DNA from: Naegleria gruberi
Taxonomy: Eukaryota
DNA length: 64,000 nt
Reading direction: 5' to 3' (one strand)
NCBI GenBank assembly: GCA_000004985.1
Contig: GG738846.1
The notes beneath the pieces are model-generated. The model was not told the DNA's origin. It was given only the letters and a program-made list of their open reading frames with translations, and did no database searches. Of this stretch, positions 1-10,359 are shown in pieces. Positions within the stretch are counted from its first letter, which is position 1; every line of letters starts with the position of its first letter. Made by a program: the position numbers and the translations under genes.

Positions 1-1119
1 CGTCCCTCGAGGGGACTTATCAATATAGGATTTGGTCGATGACTAAAAGTTGAACAAGAAAATATAGTAGTTTTTATTGTGGTTTTGAAAAATGACCTTT
101 AATTTAATTAGTAAAAATATATTGGAAAGAGAGTGGCTACTTTCTTCTGGTACTATTAAATCACTAATAAACACAATATTTATTATCAGTTTTTCATTAT
201 TTTGTGTTTTGGCTTGGAGCCAAACCTTGATTGATTCACTCCTTCAAGATTGATCAAACTCATTGCGAACAAGATATTAAAATATTAAATTCTTATTGTT
301 TCTTTTAATTTCTTTCACCTTAAATCTAACAATTAACCTCATTTCCATAAACATCACTATGATCAAATTAAATTTCAAAGATAACCAACTTGTTCAACAT
401 CTACACATTCTAGTGATCACACTCATATCAATTAATCCATTTTTCATTTTCAAATTTTTTACTTTCCAAAGTTTCCCAACAAAAATGTCAAAACGTAATA
501 GGAGTAGTTTATAAGCTGAACCTAAGGTGCCAACTCAAAAGACTTACAATAAAACAAATAATCATAAAGGCCAATATAATAGCAACAGGCGGCAGTCACA
601 TTAAGGATAAAGCAGGATACAGCATTGTGACAGACAGGGAAAACCTTCAAATCAGGCATCATATGCCCAAAATGCTGAACTACAAGCTTATCCATAAAGC
701 TAATAAAGAAACTGGCTTCAAACTATGAATGGAGCAAAGATCTTAACAAATATGTAAGCATTTTGTAACAGCCATTTTTTCAATCAAGTGAAGATACTCT
801 ATTGTCTTTTAGTTTTACAACGTGATATTTCTTTAGATGCACAAGTAGCTCATGCTCTCACAAACGAGATGAAAATCTCTCTTCCCTTCTACAACTCTCA
901 ACTTTGAGATGTTTGATTTAATCAGCGAAAAACAACGAGTTCCAATCTTATTAGTGTGTGAGTGAAGATTATAATATTGGTGAATGAAAGTGAAATTTCC
1001 AAATATTCAACTTGACACTTCACTTGGCCCAACTATACTATTAAACAGCGTCTATCTTTTTGTGGCGTTCAATTTTAAAAACAATAACAACTTTATTTTT
1101 CATATTATAAAATTATAAT

Positions 1120-2094
1120 ATGGGTAATAGTTCTCTAGTGAGGTCCTCTATTGATATTGGAATTAAGGGAAAAATTAACAATACTCCCTCTTTTAAAAGT
1201 AGTAGTGGCACTACATTGATTGAAAGTAATCATAACAGCAGCAATGCAAATATTGGAGGAGGGTCATCCGATCTAAAATTATATCAAAAATTGAATGATG
1301 AGGAATTTGAAAAGGTGGCTCAAGTATTGAGGAAATCACTAATGGATGGAATTGTTACTCTGCCAGGCGATTTAACAAGGTCAGACTATAGACCAATGGA
1401 AGCTTCTTCCTCACCACCAAATCATTTCATCACCACCTCTTCAACTTCATCCATTGATCAATCCAAAACTAGAAATAATAGTTTGAATGTACATTCATTT
1501 CGTTCCTCTACGAGAAATACTCGTTTGAAGGATATTAAGGGAACCTTTTTTTCAGAATCCATACTCATCAAGAGTTCTAACAATTCACAGTTTAATAATA
1601 GCAGCAGCAGTCATTCAAAGATAGTGTCATTGCAGCATGATCAGCATGATGATGAGATGGATGCAATGAAACGATTTAAATTACCACCAATCTCTCCAGC
1701 ACACCCTTTTTCTGAGAGGGATAATAATAATAATAATAACCAAACAGCAATCACTTCATTTGAATCATTGATTGATGAAACTCATCATGGAGGGGGAGGA
1801 AACTCACAACCTTCTCAATTTGAATTTGACAATAATATTAATCATACAATTTCAACTCCTGTGGGATCATCAACATCTTCAGAAAGCAGCTTGGACCAAC
1901 ACCATCATGTCAATACTTCTATTGAATTACAACAAGACAAGACAAATTTATCAACACCAAATCAAGATAGTGCAATTAAATCTCAATCAGAGTCCACAAC
2001 CAACAATTCAACTCTAACCCATCAATCATCCAATGAAGAGCTCGAAGTTTTCATTTGTCCATCTCATGATGCACATCATCTCCACAATCAATAG
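1120..2094 (+). CDS. Hypothetical Ser/Asn/Thr-rich low-complexity protein (324 aa)
   Basis: Long ORF starting at an ATG (checked at 1120). Poly-N, poly-S and poly-T stretches. No recognisable domain. Coding status rests only on ORF length. Confidence 0.4.
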   Translation: MGNSSLVRSSIDIGIKGKINNTPSFKSSSGTTLIESNHNSSNANIGGGSSDLKLYQKLNDEEFEKVAQVLRKSLMDGIVTLPGDLTRSDYRPMEASSSPPNHFITTSSTSSIDQSKTRNNSLNVHSFRSSTRNTRLKDIKGTFFSESILIKSSNNSQFNNSSSSHSKIVSLQHDQHDDEMDAMKRFKLPPISPAHPFSERDNNNNNNQTAITSFESLIDETHHGGGGNSQPSQFEFDNNINHTISTPVGSSTSSESSLDQHHHVNTSIELQQDKTNLSTPNQDSAIKSQSESTTNNSTLTHQSSNEELEVFICPSHDAHHLHNQ

Positions 2095-2483
2095 CACATC
2101 AAGTTCCCTCTCTCAGTGCGTGTTAACAATTTGCTCTCAATATTGCTCTCGTAAAAAGGGCGATAAAAAACCAAAAAGGTCTCTGTACAATCAAATATAA
2201 AAATTGACCCTTAATTGACCTTATTTGGAGAATGAAAAACACAAGTGTTCGAAAACCAAACCGTAACATCATAAAAAAACTGCTCAACAAGGACATTCAC
2301 ATAGTCACTTCTCACCAGAAAGAACCACTCGTCGTCATCATTTTGATAAAAATATCTCTCTTTTAAAAACAACAACAAACTACTACACCGCAAATTTATT
2401 AAGGTGTAAGACCACTTATTCTTGTTGAAACTTAATAGTAATACTATCAATTATTTGACTCTCTTTTTCAAAATAGATCAAAG

Positions 2484-3026
2484 ATGGGGAGTAATACAGC
2501 TCTCACTCATGCCAAAGCATCAGTTAAACAATCACTCACTGAGGAACAATTAGAAAAACTTCATAACATGATGAAACAAAGCCTCATTGAAGGTAAAAAA
2601 CAAAAGAAGGTTAAAAAGACTTCCAAACTCACTAGTAAGGATTTTATAAATTCACCTCGTGATCCACTCAATGATAGTCTCAAACAAGACTCGAAGCAAT
2701 TTTCAAACTATCATCCCCATCAAAATATTCTCTACTCTCAATTGTATAATGATGGTGATCCATTTGCTGATAACAAGATTTGCTTTCCAATGCTATTGAA
2801 GAATAATCATGATGCTGCAAGACAAAAGTCAATATCACCTCTTCCCTACATTCCTGGTTATTTAGCATCCGATTACATGCCCTCTCCAAAGGCTTTACCT
2901 CAATTAAAGTCGTGTGGACGTTTGGTTGGTGTTCATTCTTCACGCACTGAAATTAGTACAGTGCAGAGAAGTAAGACATGTCCACCAACGGCAGCTGCTG
3001 TGAATAACAAGTCCTATATTGAATGA
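2484..3026 (+). CDS. Hypothetical protein (180 aa), K/E-rich N-terminus
   Basis: ORF with ATG at 2484. Preceded by a possible 5' leader intron (GTGTAAG ... AATAG/ATCAAAG ATG). No domain recognised. Confidence 0.35.
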   Translation: MGSNTALTHAKASVKQSLTEEQLEKLHNMMKQSLIEGKKQKKVKKTSKLTSKDFINSPRDPLNDSLKQDSKQFSNYHPHQNILYSQLYNDGDPFADNKICFPMLLKNNHDAARQKSISPLPYIPGYLASDYMPSPKALPQLKSCGRLVGVHSSRTEISTVQRSKTCPPTAAAVNNKSYIE

Positions 3027-3311
3027 CTAGTTGTGTGAGGTGAATTTGGTGTGATATTACATCTATGGAATGGTGAGTATTCTCAGTGGATATCACCACC
3101 TACAGAATACTGTGTAAATAGAGTACTCAAGATTTTGATGATTCTATGAAAGAAATGATCAAACTTGATTCATGAAAAGAATGATACAATTATCATTCCT
3201 AAATAATAAATTTAAATTGTCAAATCATTCTTTGAAATGTGGAATTAATCAGAAAATACACATTAAGGATAATAATTTTATTTTTTATAAAATCCAATTA
3301 AGAAGTTGAAA

Positions 3312-4796
3312 TTAAACAAGTAAATTCAAAACCAAAACCACCAACACAACCACTAATTGACTCAAAACTACCATATTAGAATTGTTACTGGCTTTTGATT
3401 TGGCAGGTGAAATACTGCTACTGCTAACCACTGGAGTTGGACCTGATGGATATTCATATTCCAAACTTGTACTATTAAATTTGGCCCCACCTGGCATGAT
3501 AACCATCGGTGGTCGACTCATGACCATTGATGAAATATCAAGACCTGGCAATGATGGTTCGCCCAAGAATACTTGAGCACTCTTAGAGGTGAGCTTCAAG
3601 CACGAGTAGGCAGCTTCATATTGAGTTTTACATTTTAAAAAGGCAGATGATTTCAGGTCCACAATTTGATACTTGCCATTTCCTGGAAGCATGTGCGCTG
3701 CATTCGAATAACCATTATTCCACAAACAAATTGACACATCCTGAACAAAACCAGTACAAGTTCCAAAACAAACACCATTGCCATTACCTGAAGAGCTAGT
3801 TCCATTACAACTGCATTGGAAAGAACCTGGACAATTGAGACCATTTCCATTACAAGTCAAAGTATTGGCAAGACCCAATTTGAAACACATTCCATTCTTT
3901 GAACCACAAGTTCCACTATAACAATGAGAATCTGATGAGCACATCTTTTCATGAGTATTGAAATTGACACGAGAGCATTCTCCATTGTAACAAGTTGCAA
4001 GTCCAGAGGATCCAATCTTGCTACTCTCACATCCAAGAGCATCTCCTTCACAGAATTCGCCCCATTTGGCATATTTGGAACATACATATTGGTCAATCAT
4101 GGCAGCTTTAACAATTCTACAAACTAATCCACTTGGACAAATGCTTGTCACACTCATTGGATCACAAACCTCACCTTCCTTTAAGGTTGTTACTTGATTA
4201 CAAATTCCATTCAAACAAGTCAATCCCTCTCCACACAGTGTATGAGTATGAGTTTGCATATCATGAGTATTACATGTTTCATTGACACTTCTCATTAAAC
4301 AATTGACACACATTCCAGAGTGACACATTCTATTATCGGCACAAATTGAATAAGTATTCTCAGTTGCACTGTAAACTCCACACATTTCTCCAAGTCCTAC
4401 TTTGAGATTATCAAATTTCAAGCAATATCCACCCAGACAATTCAATCCATCTGCACAATTATTAATGGAATTGCATGAATCTCCCTGATATCTCGTCTTT
4501 CTATAATCACAAATGGAATTGAAACAGCCAAGTGAAGCCAGATAGCAATTAGCATCACTGGTGCATGATTTTCCTAAAACTGAATTCAAGAAGGTTGCAT
4601 ATGGTGCACATGTTCTATTGCCAGAATCGAGTTGCATCATATTGACGAAACCAATTGGACATGTTGTTGATTCAAGTGTTGGAGCAATGTCATAATTGGA
4701 TGTACATGTTTGAGCATGGACATTGTGCACAATAGTCACCACCAATAAAATTAATGCGTTGACCAACAGTAATAAGTTAAAAGAAGATTTGAACAT
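3312..4796 (-). CDS. Secreted Cys-rich repeat surface protein with signal peptide and C-terminal hydrophobic (GPI-like) tail
   Basis: ATG verified at 4796-4794. The N-terminus MFKSSFNLLLLVNALILLVVTIVHNVHAQ looks like a signal peptide. There are about 60 Cys in recurring C-x-G-x-C / G-x-C-x-N spacing (EGF-like or tenascin-like modules), then a Ser-rich stalk. The last 18 aa are hydrophobic (LVVVLVVLVLNLLV), consistent with a GPI-anchor signal. Confidence 0.6.
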   Translation of the reverse strand: MFKSSFNLLLLVNALILLVVTIVHNVHAQTCTSNYDIAPTLESTTCPIGFVNMMQLDSGNRTCAPYATFLNSVLGKSCTSDANCYLASLGCFNSICDYRKTRYQGDSCNSINNCADGLNCLGGYCLKFDNLKVGLGEMCGVYSATENTYSICADNRMCHSGMCVNCLMRSVNETCNTHDMQTHTHTLCGEGLTCLNGICNQVTTLKEGEVCDPMSVTSICPSGLVCRIVKAAMIDQYVCSKYAKWGEFCEGDALGCESSKIGSSGLATCYNGECSRVNFNTHEKMCSSDSHCYSGTCGSKNGMCFKLGLANTLTCNGNGLNCPGSFQCSCNGTSSSGNGNGVCFGTCTGFVQDVSICLWNNGYSNAAHMLPGNGKYQIVDLKSSAFLKCKTQYEAAYSCLKLTSKSAQVFLGEPSLPGLDISSMVMSRPPMVIMPGGAKFNSTSLEYEYPSGPTPVVSSSSISPAKSKASNNSNMVVLSQLVVVLVVLVLNLLV

Positions 4797-5317
4797 TTTA
4801 AGGTGATTTTTTTTTCAACATTCTTCAAATTTCACGATAAAGTATCATAATTTATTCTTCCCTCACTGTTGTGACAATATGAATGGTTTCCTTCTTAGAA
4901 GTCATCTATTACTGTATCCAAAGGGCTTCCACAAACAGTCAGGTCTGTGCTGGTTGGTGAAAACCAATCATTTAAGAGAAAATCTTGTGTTAAAATTCCC
5001 AAATAAGGTTCCTTTGTGGGTTATATTGATTGATTTTGATTGTGGTGAGGCGGGTAATTATAAAGCATTTTCTTCAACTAAATGCTGGATGGACAGGTCT
5101 GTGGTTAGATTATTCTCAAAAGTTTTCAAAAAGACATTTTCACAAGCCAATCGTTCTATCTTAGTCACATGCTTATGAATTCACATTGAAATTGCTGTAA
5201 ATTCAATTGTTAGTTTCCATTTAATTTCTCTTTAAGGTTGGAATAATCTTTTCAAATGTGTTTAGCTCCGTTGTGAGTTAGAGAACAGTTTATGATGATT
5301 TTTATGATTTTTATGTT

Positions 5318-8300
5318 TTACAAAATTGTACATGCTTCTGCATTGGCCTGGTACTTATTTACAATATTATATCTGTTGAGGATTACATTCTCTCCATCAC
5401 CAACCCAGGTTTCTTGCTTGGTAGTTTCATTCTTTTGCTCACTCTTTTCATCTTGTTCTCCAATGTGGAATCTACCGAGAATGTATTCATTAGTTCCCTT
5501 TTCAAAGTAGGTGAAATAGGATTCATCGAAAAAGATTTCCTTCTGAGTATGTCTGGTATTACTAGTTGAAAGAGTTGGGAGGGCAAGAACTCTAACAAGT
5601 GCACCAGCATCAGCTCCACAAATACTCCAAATTCTAATAACTGATTCATTAACACAACAAGTAGCAACCATAGTACCAGCAGCAATAACCTTGGCACAAG
5701 AGACAGCACTTGGATGTTCCAAGGTCATTAAACATTGACCTGTGTGCAAGCTCCAAATTTTGACAGTCTTATCGGATGAAGAAGAGGCCAACACATTACT
5801 CAAATCAATCAATTCAGTATTGAGAGACATTGAAGTAACAATGGAATCATGACCTTCAAGAGTATAAATTAATCTCCAACTTGCCATGCTAGTTGAGTTG
5901 CTGATATCATATACATAAATCTTCTTATCAACAGTGCAAGCAATTACTTGTTGAGTAAGTTCCCAAGAGGTAACTTCTTTTGAATCTGTTGGAAGTTCCT
6001 TCAATTCAAAGCTTTTAGAGAGACGTTTCATAGAAATGTCATAAATGTGAACACAATATTGAGTTGGAACACGAGCTAATTTTACAATGGCCATACAGGT
6101 CTTGTTACTAAGTAATTTAACAGCAACAATATAATCCTTAGAATAGGTAACTTCCAAAAATACTTCATCCTTCAACAATTCTGTACCTCCAATAACAACC
6201 AAAGTAGAATTGATATGGTAGTAGCTAGATTCAGTATAAACAAAGCACAAGACACCAAATTGATAATCGAATGGTGAATGTGAAAGATAAGAGTATGGAA
6301 AGTGCAAAACTTCCTTATTAAGACTGATAGTATCCTTCTTGGTTTGCAATTGTTGGCTTGCGAGTACCCTCAATCTGTCCTTGAAATGCAAATACCCTCT
6401 CACAAGAATACCATCAATTTCAGTCCACCCTGTTGGAGACTTTCTCAAATCCAAATCAATTCTAATCTTTTTAGTTGGGTAATCCTTTTTGAGAATTGTT
6501 GGTGCAAAAACTCTAGATCTTTCCATCATTCTACAATTGGTATCGTATGGTTTTCCTAGCCAAACAGTATCCCATGAGTTGGTAGACTTGTCAAATATCG
6601 AAATTTTAAAGACACCACCAGGGCAGAATGTTTCAAAGACACGAACTTCTTCAATGAACATTTCTTCTTCAATTTCAAATTCCAAGAATTCCAATGATCC
6701 AAAACCTAAAGTTCTATTGGATGGTGACCATGCAGTTCCAAAGGATCCATATTTTGGATAGGTATTGACAACTCCAATCAAATTGAGAGCAGAAAATGGT
6801 GGATAATCAGCTCTAGAGTGGGCTGTGGATAAGTCATCATCAGCAGTTGTAGAGGCAGCGCCTCCCTCAGATCTATTTCTTGAAATGTACTCACTGCTGC
6901 AATTCATTACCTTTGAGACCCATTGTTCATATAAAAACTCATCAGTTTCACTTAAAAGGCTCTCGTGAAGCTCTTTCATGGCAGATATTGGCAAATCATC
7001 TTCGAACATATTATCCAAAATTTGTTTTCTTCTACCTGTTAATCTATTGGCAACGTGAGAGTCTTTAGCACTGAACAAACTATAGGTTAAAAGATCATAG
7101 GAAAAGTGATGTTTAAAAGGTTTGGTTGTGTGACGGAAATTCTTTCTAGTATTTAAAATAACACGACCATCCAACAATCTTACATCCTTCAAGTGAAATC
7201 CATTACTCTTCCAATCATCGGTATTGGTTGAACAATAATTCATAATACCACTAAATTCGTCAACAAGACGATCTCTTTCCTTGTCCAATTTTTCCTTTTC
7301 CTTTCTAACTTCCTCTTCATCACTAACATATTCTCTTCTTTTAATGGATGGTTCAACAGAGGTGTTCAAGATTGAAATTTTAGAATCACTTGGTGTGGAT
7401 GGATTGGAAGGTACTTTTGTATTGTTGGTATTTTCAATATCAATCCATCCTTTTCCCTTCACGGCCTCTTTCAAACTGGAAGAGGAGAGTGTGAGAATTT
7501 TCAAATCAGGTTGTGTATAAACTTTCATTAAATTCACTTGACCAAAACGATAACATGTTTGCATTTGCTCTCTATATTTGACAGCATTTCTCCAATTGCA
7601 ACGTGGTCTCTTGTAGTACTCTCTTTCCTCTCGTTGAATTGATTCTTGTGGTTGTTGTTGTTGTTGATTATTTGATGACGATGGTTGGCCTTTTTCAAAA
7701 ACAGATGATAATGTAGAGAAGGAAGCAAAGGATGGTGTTGAAACCAACTGTGGAGGAATTCTAGAGTTTTGAGATTGTGCCGAATTAACGCTTCCTCTTG
7801 GAGAAAGTGGTGTTGATGTTATGATTGGTGAAGAGGGAGCAAGGGGAGATTCAACATTAGCCTTCACAGCAATAGGGAAGGTAGGAGAGGAAATTCCACC
7901 TGTTGTTGTTGTTGTTGTTGTTGTTGCTGTTGTTGGTGTTGGAGGTGGTTGTGCTGAAGCTCCACCTGAAATTAAAAACGATTGACGATTATAGTCGTGA
8001 TAGAAGGTAGTATATGGTTCGTATCTGGCAATAAAGTATTCCAAGAATTTGCTCTCATCATTTCCAACATTTTGAAAGATATGACTTGCCTTGCAACAAC
8101 TTTCAATATCGGCACCATTCATGAAGGAAAATATGTGGAAAATAATACTTTCATTCAATGGTAATTTTCTCTTATTTCTTGTACGGATTTGTACCAATCT
8201 TGCTTTTTGTTTTTTAGAGTAGATTGGATTGATCAGGTGGGTGTGATTTGATGTGGCCGACGACATGCTGCCGGCAGCAGTTAATGATGAAGCTGCTTGG

Positions 8301-8320
8301 GTTGATGTGTCGATGGACAT
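5318..8320 (-). CDS. F-box-like / WD40-repeat protein (1000 aa)
   Basis: ATG verified at 8320. The N-terminal segment (LPLNESIIFHIFSFMNGADIESCCKASHIF) is F-box-like. The C-terminal third has classic WD40 units (DKTVKIWSLHTGQC ... VIRIWS). The central region has a poly-Thr/Gln low-complexity stretch, which is the (GTT)n run at 7895-7935. Confidence 0.65.
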   Translation of the reverse strand: MSIDTSTQAASSLTAAGSMSSATSNHTHLINPIYSKKQKARLVQIRTRNKRKLPLNESIIFHIFSFMNGADIESCCKASHIFQNVGNDESKFLEYFIARYEPYTTFYHDYNRQSFLISGGASAQPPPTPTTATTTTTTTTGGISSPTFPIAVKANVESPLAPSSPIITSTPLSPRGSVNSAQSQNSRIPPQLVSTPSFASFSTLSSVFEKGQPSSSNNQQQQQPQESIQREEREYYKRPRCNWRNAVKYREQMQTCYRFGQVNLMKVYTQPDLKILTLSSSSLKEAVKGKGWIDIENTNNTKVPSNPSTPSDSKISILNTSVEPSIKRREYVSDEEEVRKEKEKLDKERDRLVDEFSGIMNYCSTNTDDWKSNGFHLKDVRLLDGRVILNTRKNFRHTTKPFKHHFSYDLLTYSLFSAKDSHVANRLTGRRKQILDNMFEDDLPISAMKELHESLLSETDEFLYEQWVSKVMNCSSEYISRNRSEGGAASTTADDDLSTAHSRADYPPFSALNLIGVVNTYPKYGSFGTAWSPSNRTLGFGSLEFLEFEIEEEMFIEEVRVFETFCPGGVFKISIFDKSTNSWDTVWLGKPYDTNCRMMERSRVFAPTILKKDYPTKKIRIDLDLRKSPTGWTEIDGILVRGYLHFKDRLRVLASQQLQTKKDTISLNKEVLHFPYSYLSHSPFDYQFGVLCFVYTESSYYHINSTLVVIGGTELLKDEVFLEVTYSKDYIVAVKLLSNKTCMAIVKLARVPTQYCVHIYDISMKRLSKSFELKELPTDSKEVTSWELTQQVIACTVDKKIYVYDISNSTSMASWRLIYTLEGHDSIVTSMSLNTELIDLSNVLASSSSDKTVKIWSLHTGQCLMTLEHPSAVSCAKVIAAGTMVATCCVNESVIRIWSICGADAGALVRVLALPTLSTSNTRHTQKEIFFDESYFTYFEKGTNEYILGRFHIGEQDEKSEQKNETTKQETWVGDGENVILNRYNIVNKYQANAEACTIL

Positions 8321-8631
8321 TTTTTGAATTAGATAATAAAAATTATTATTTGATTTTTAAATTTCTAAGAAAAACAGATCTTGCATGGAGAAAATGCCAG
8401 ATTTAATATAATAGAGTTACTTCGTTCTCCTCGTTTAAAACCAAGACAACAATCTATTAAATCAAATTGGAAAACAAATAAAACCACACAGGTTTAAGAA
8501 AGGTCACAAAAATCTACTTAGAAAGGTTTTATTTGTACTTCAAAGTAAGTAATTAATTTACAATTTCCAGTATAATCAAAACTTCTAATGCACACTCGCA
8601 CTCAATAAATAAAACAACAATAAAAAAAAAC

Positions 8632-10152
8632 ATGAAAATTTCCACAATCAAACAATTAGTACGGGAAGCTAGTGCAAAAAATCGACAACAATCACAAATT
8701 TCAAATCACCGCGACGATGATTCTGATGCAATGACCGTAAGCAATGATGAAGAAATGAAGGAATTCAATTCTTCTGATCAATTAATTTCCAATTCTTCTT
8801 CTTCTTCAACTGCTCCGAAACAAAGAAAGAACAGAAAGAATTATATTACATCAAATTCGTTTTTTTCTAAAACACATTCAATTAAGATGTATGCTGATTT
8901 GTGGTTTTATATTTCGAAATTTATGGATGAACCTTTAAATTACTTTCTTACACAGTTTCGTTTAATTTGTAAACAGGCCTTGGAGGCTGCAAGCAGATAC
9001 ACCAAATTGGAAATGAATGGGATTTATGGAAATAGATTATTTTTAATGATTTGTAATCACATGACCGAACTTAAAGTATTGTCATTAGAGAAACGATTAC
9101 AAAATCGAAAGAAAGTAGGAATTACAGATATAGGTCCATTGAAAAGGGGAAATTTAGAAAAGTTAGAATATTTAAACTTGCAAAATAATTCCATTTCCAA
9201 TGTTACAGCTTTTGGTGTTGCAAAGAATTTGAAAAATTTGAAATATTTGAATTTAAAAGGTAACAAGATTACTACTTGGCAATATTTGGCTAATAAGAAA
9301 TTGAGGAATATCGAATATTTAAATTTGAATAGTAACATGATTACCAGTGTGTACACGTATCTTTATATAGATACCAAATTACCTGAATCCAATTTGAAAA
9401 CTCTCAAATTGGGAAATAACAAGTTGGATGCAATTTTTTTCGTTAACATTAATATGAACTATTTCTCCAATTTAACAAACTTGGATTTGAAATATAATAG
9501 AGAAATTGGTACGATATGGTATAATGGTGAATCGAAATTGGATAAATTGGAGCAATTGAATATTAGTGGAACAAGTATTATCGATCTGACACATGTTCTA
9601 ACTAGCTTTCCAAAATTGAAAATTCTCAAATATGGCAGTGTTGACTATGAAAGCATGACAACAATGAGCAATCTATTGCAAGAATTATCTCCATCCATAG
9701 TCGAAGATACACCACTAAAAAATCAAATTGAGACGCTCTATTTGAATAACATGAAACTAACGTGTGGAAATATTGTAGAGCTCTGCAATCTGAAACTATA
9801 TCAACAATTAACCAAACTAGTCTTGAGTGAGAACAAAATTTGCAACCAATCTATTCAAGTGCTTTCCCAAGTACCAAATCAATTGACTAGCTTGACTGTT
9901 CGTAATTGTTTTCTTAATGATGGTTGTGCCACACATCTATGCTCCTTTCCAAAATTGAAATACTTGGATGTTGCCTGGAATTTCCTCACCAATTCAGGTT
10001 GTAATGTGTTGGTGAGCTCGAATTTGGACCATCTCGATATCACTCACAATACTTACATTGATGCCAAGCTCATTTCAAGTCGGCCAACCAGTATCAAGAA
10101 GATTATTTATGGTTGGGGAAGAACCAACATTCATGAAAGAATTACTCAATAG
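8632..10152 (+). CDS. Leucine-rich repeat protein (506 aa)
   Basis: ATG at 8632. Multiple LxxLxLxxNxI(s/t) units (LEYLNLQNNSISNV, LKYLNLKGNKITTW, IEYLNLNSNMITSV, LTNLDLKYN ...). Confidence 0.6.
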   Translation: MKISTIKQLVREASAKNRQQSQISNHRDDDSDAMTVSNDEEMKEFNSSDQLISNSSSSSTAPKQRKNRKNYITSNSFFSKTHSIKMYADLWFYISKFMDEPLNYFLTQFRLICKQALEAASRYTKLEMNGIYGNRLFLMICNHMTELKVLSLEKRLQNRKKVGITDIGPLKRGNLEKLEYLNLQNNSISNVTAFGVAKNLKNLKYLNLKGNKITTWQYLANKKLRNIEYLNLNSNMITSVYTYLYIDTKLPESNLKTLKLGNNKLDAIFFVNINMNYFSNLTNLDLKYNREIGTIWYNGESKLDKLEQLNISGTSIIDLTHVLTSFPKLKILKYGSVDYESMTTMSNLLQELSPSIVEDTPLKNQIETLYLNNMKLTCGNIVELCNLKLYQQLTKLVLSENKICNQSIQVLSQVPNQLTSLTVRNCFLNDGCATHLCSFPKLKYLDVAWNFLTNSGCNVLVSSNLDHLDITHNTYIDAKLISSRPTSIKKIIYGWGRTNIHERITQ

Positions 10153-10359
10153 TAAATTTATTCAAATTCACAATTATATGTAATAACAAATAGATGAACA
10201 TTTAAAAGTAAAATTAAAACTTTAAAAAAAATGTTTAACAAGTAGGTAGGAAATATTTTCTCTCTCTTTTTATTGAATTCTAAATAATGGAATTGTTATT
10301 GTGATGCCTATCGGAATTAATTGATATAATCCTGGACTAAATATTTATATATATTTTGA

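Noticed and set aside
3382-4096. Short ORFs inside or antisense to annotated CDSs (3382-3576, 3653-3850, 3857-4096, 9057-9356, 10317-10643, 10634-11166, 46208-46640, 52313-52808, 57160-57351, 60134-60376 and others)
   Set aside because: The same argument applies. They overlap stronger genes and carry no independent coding signal.
7895-7935. (GTT)n / (ATC)n trinucleotide runs (7895-7935, 22751-22768, 16838-16860)
   Set aside because: These are codon repeats for poly-Thr/Asn/His/Asp within or next to genes. They are ordinary low-complexity coding microsatellites, not regulatory or mobile features.
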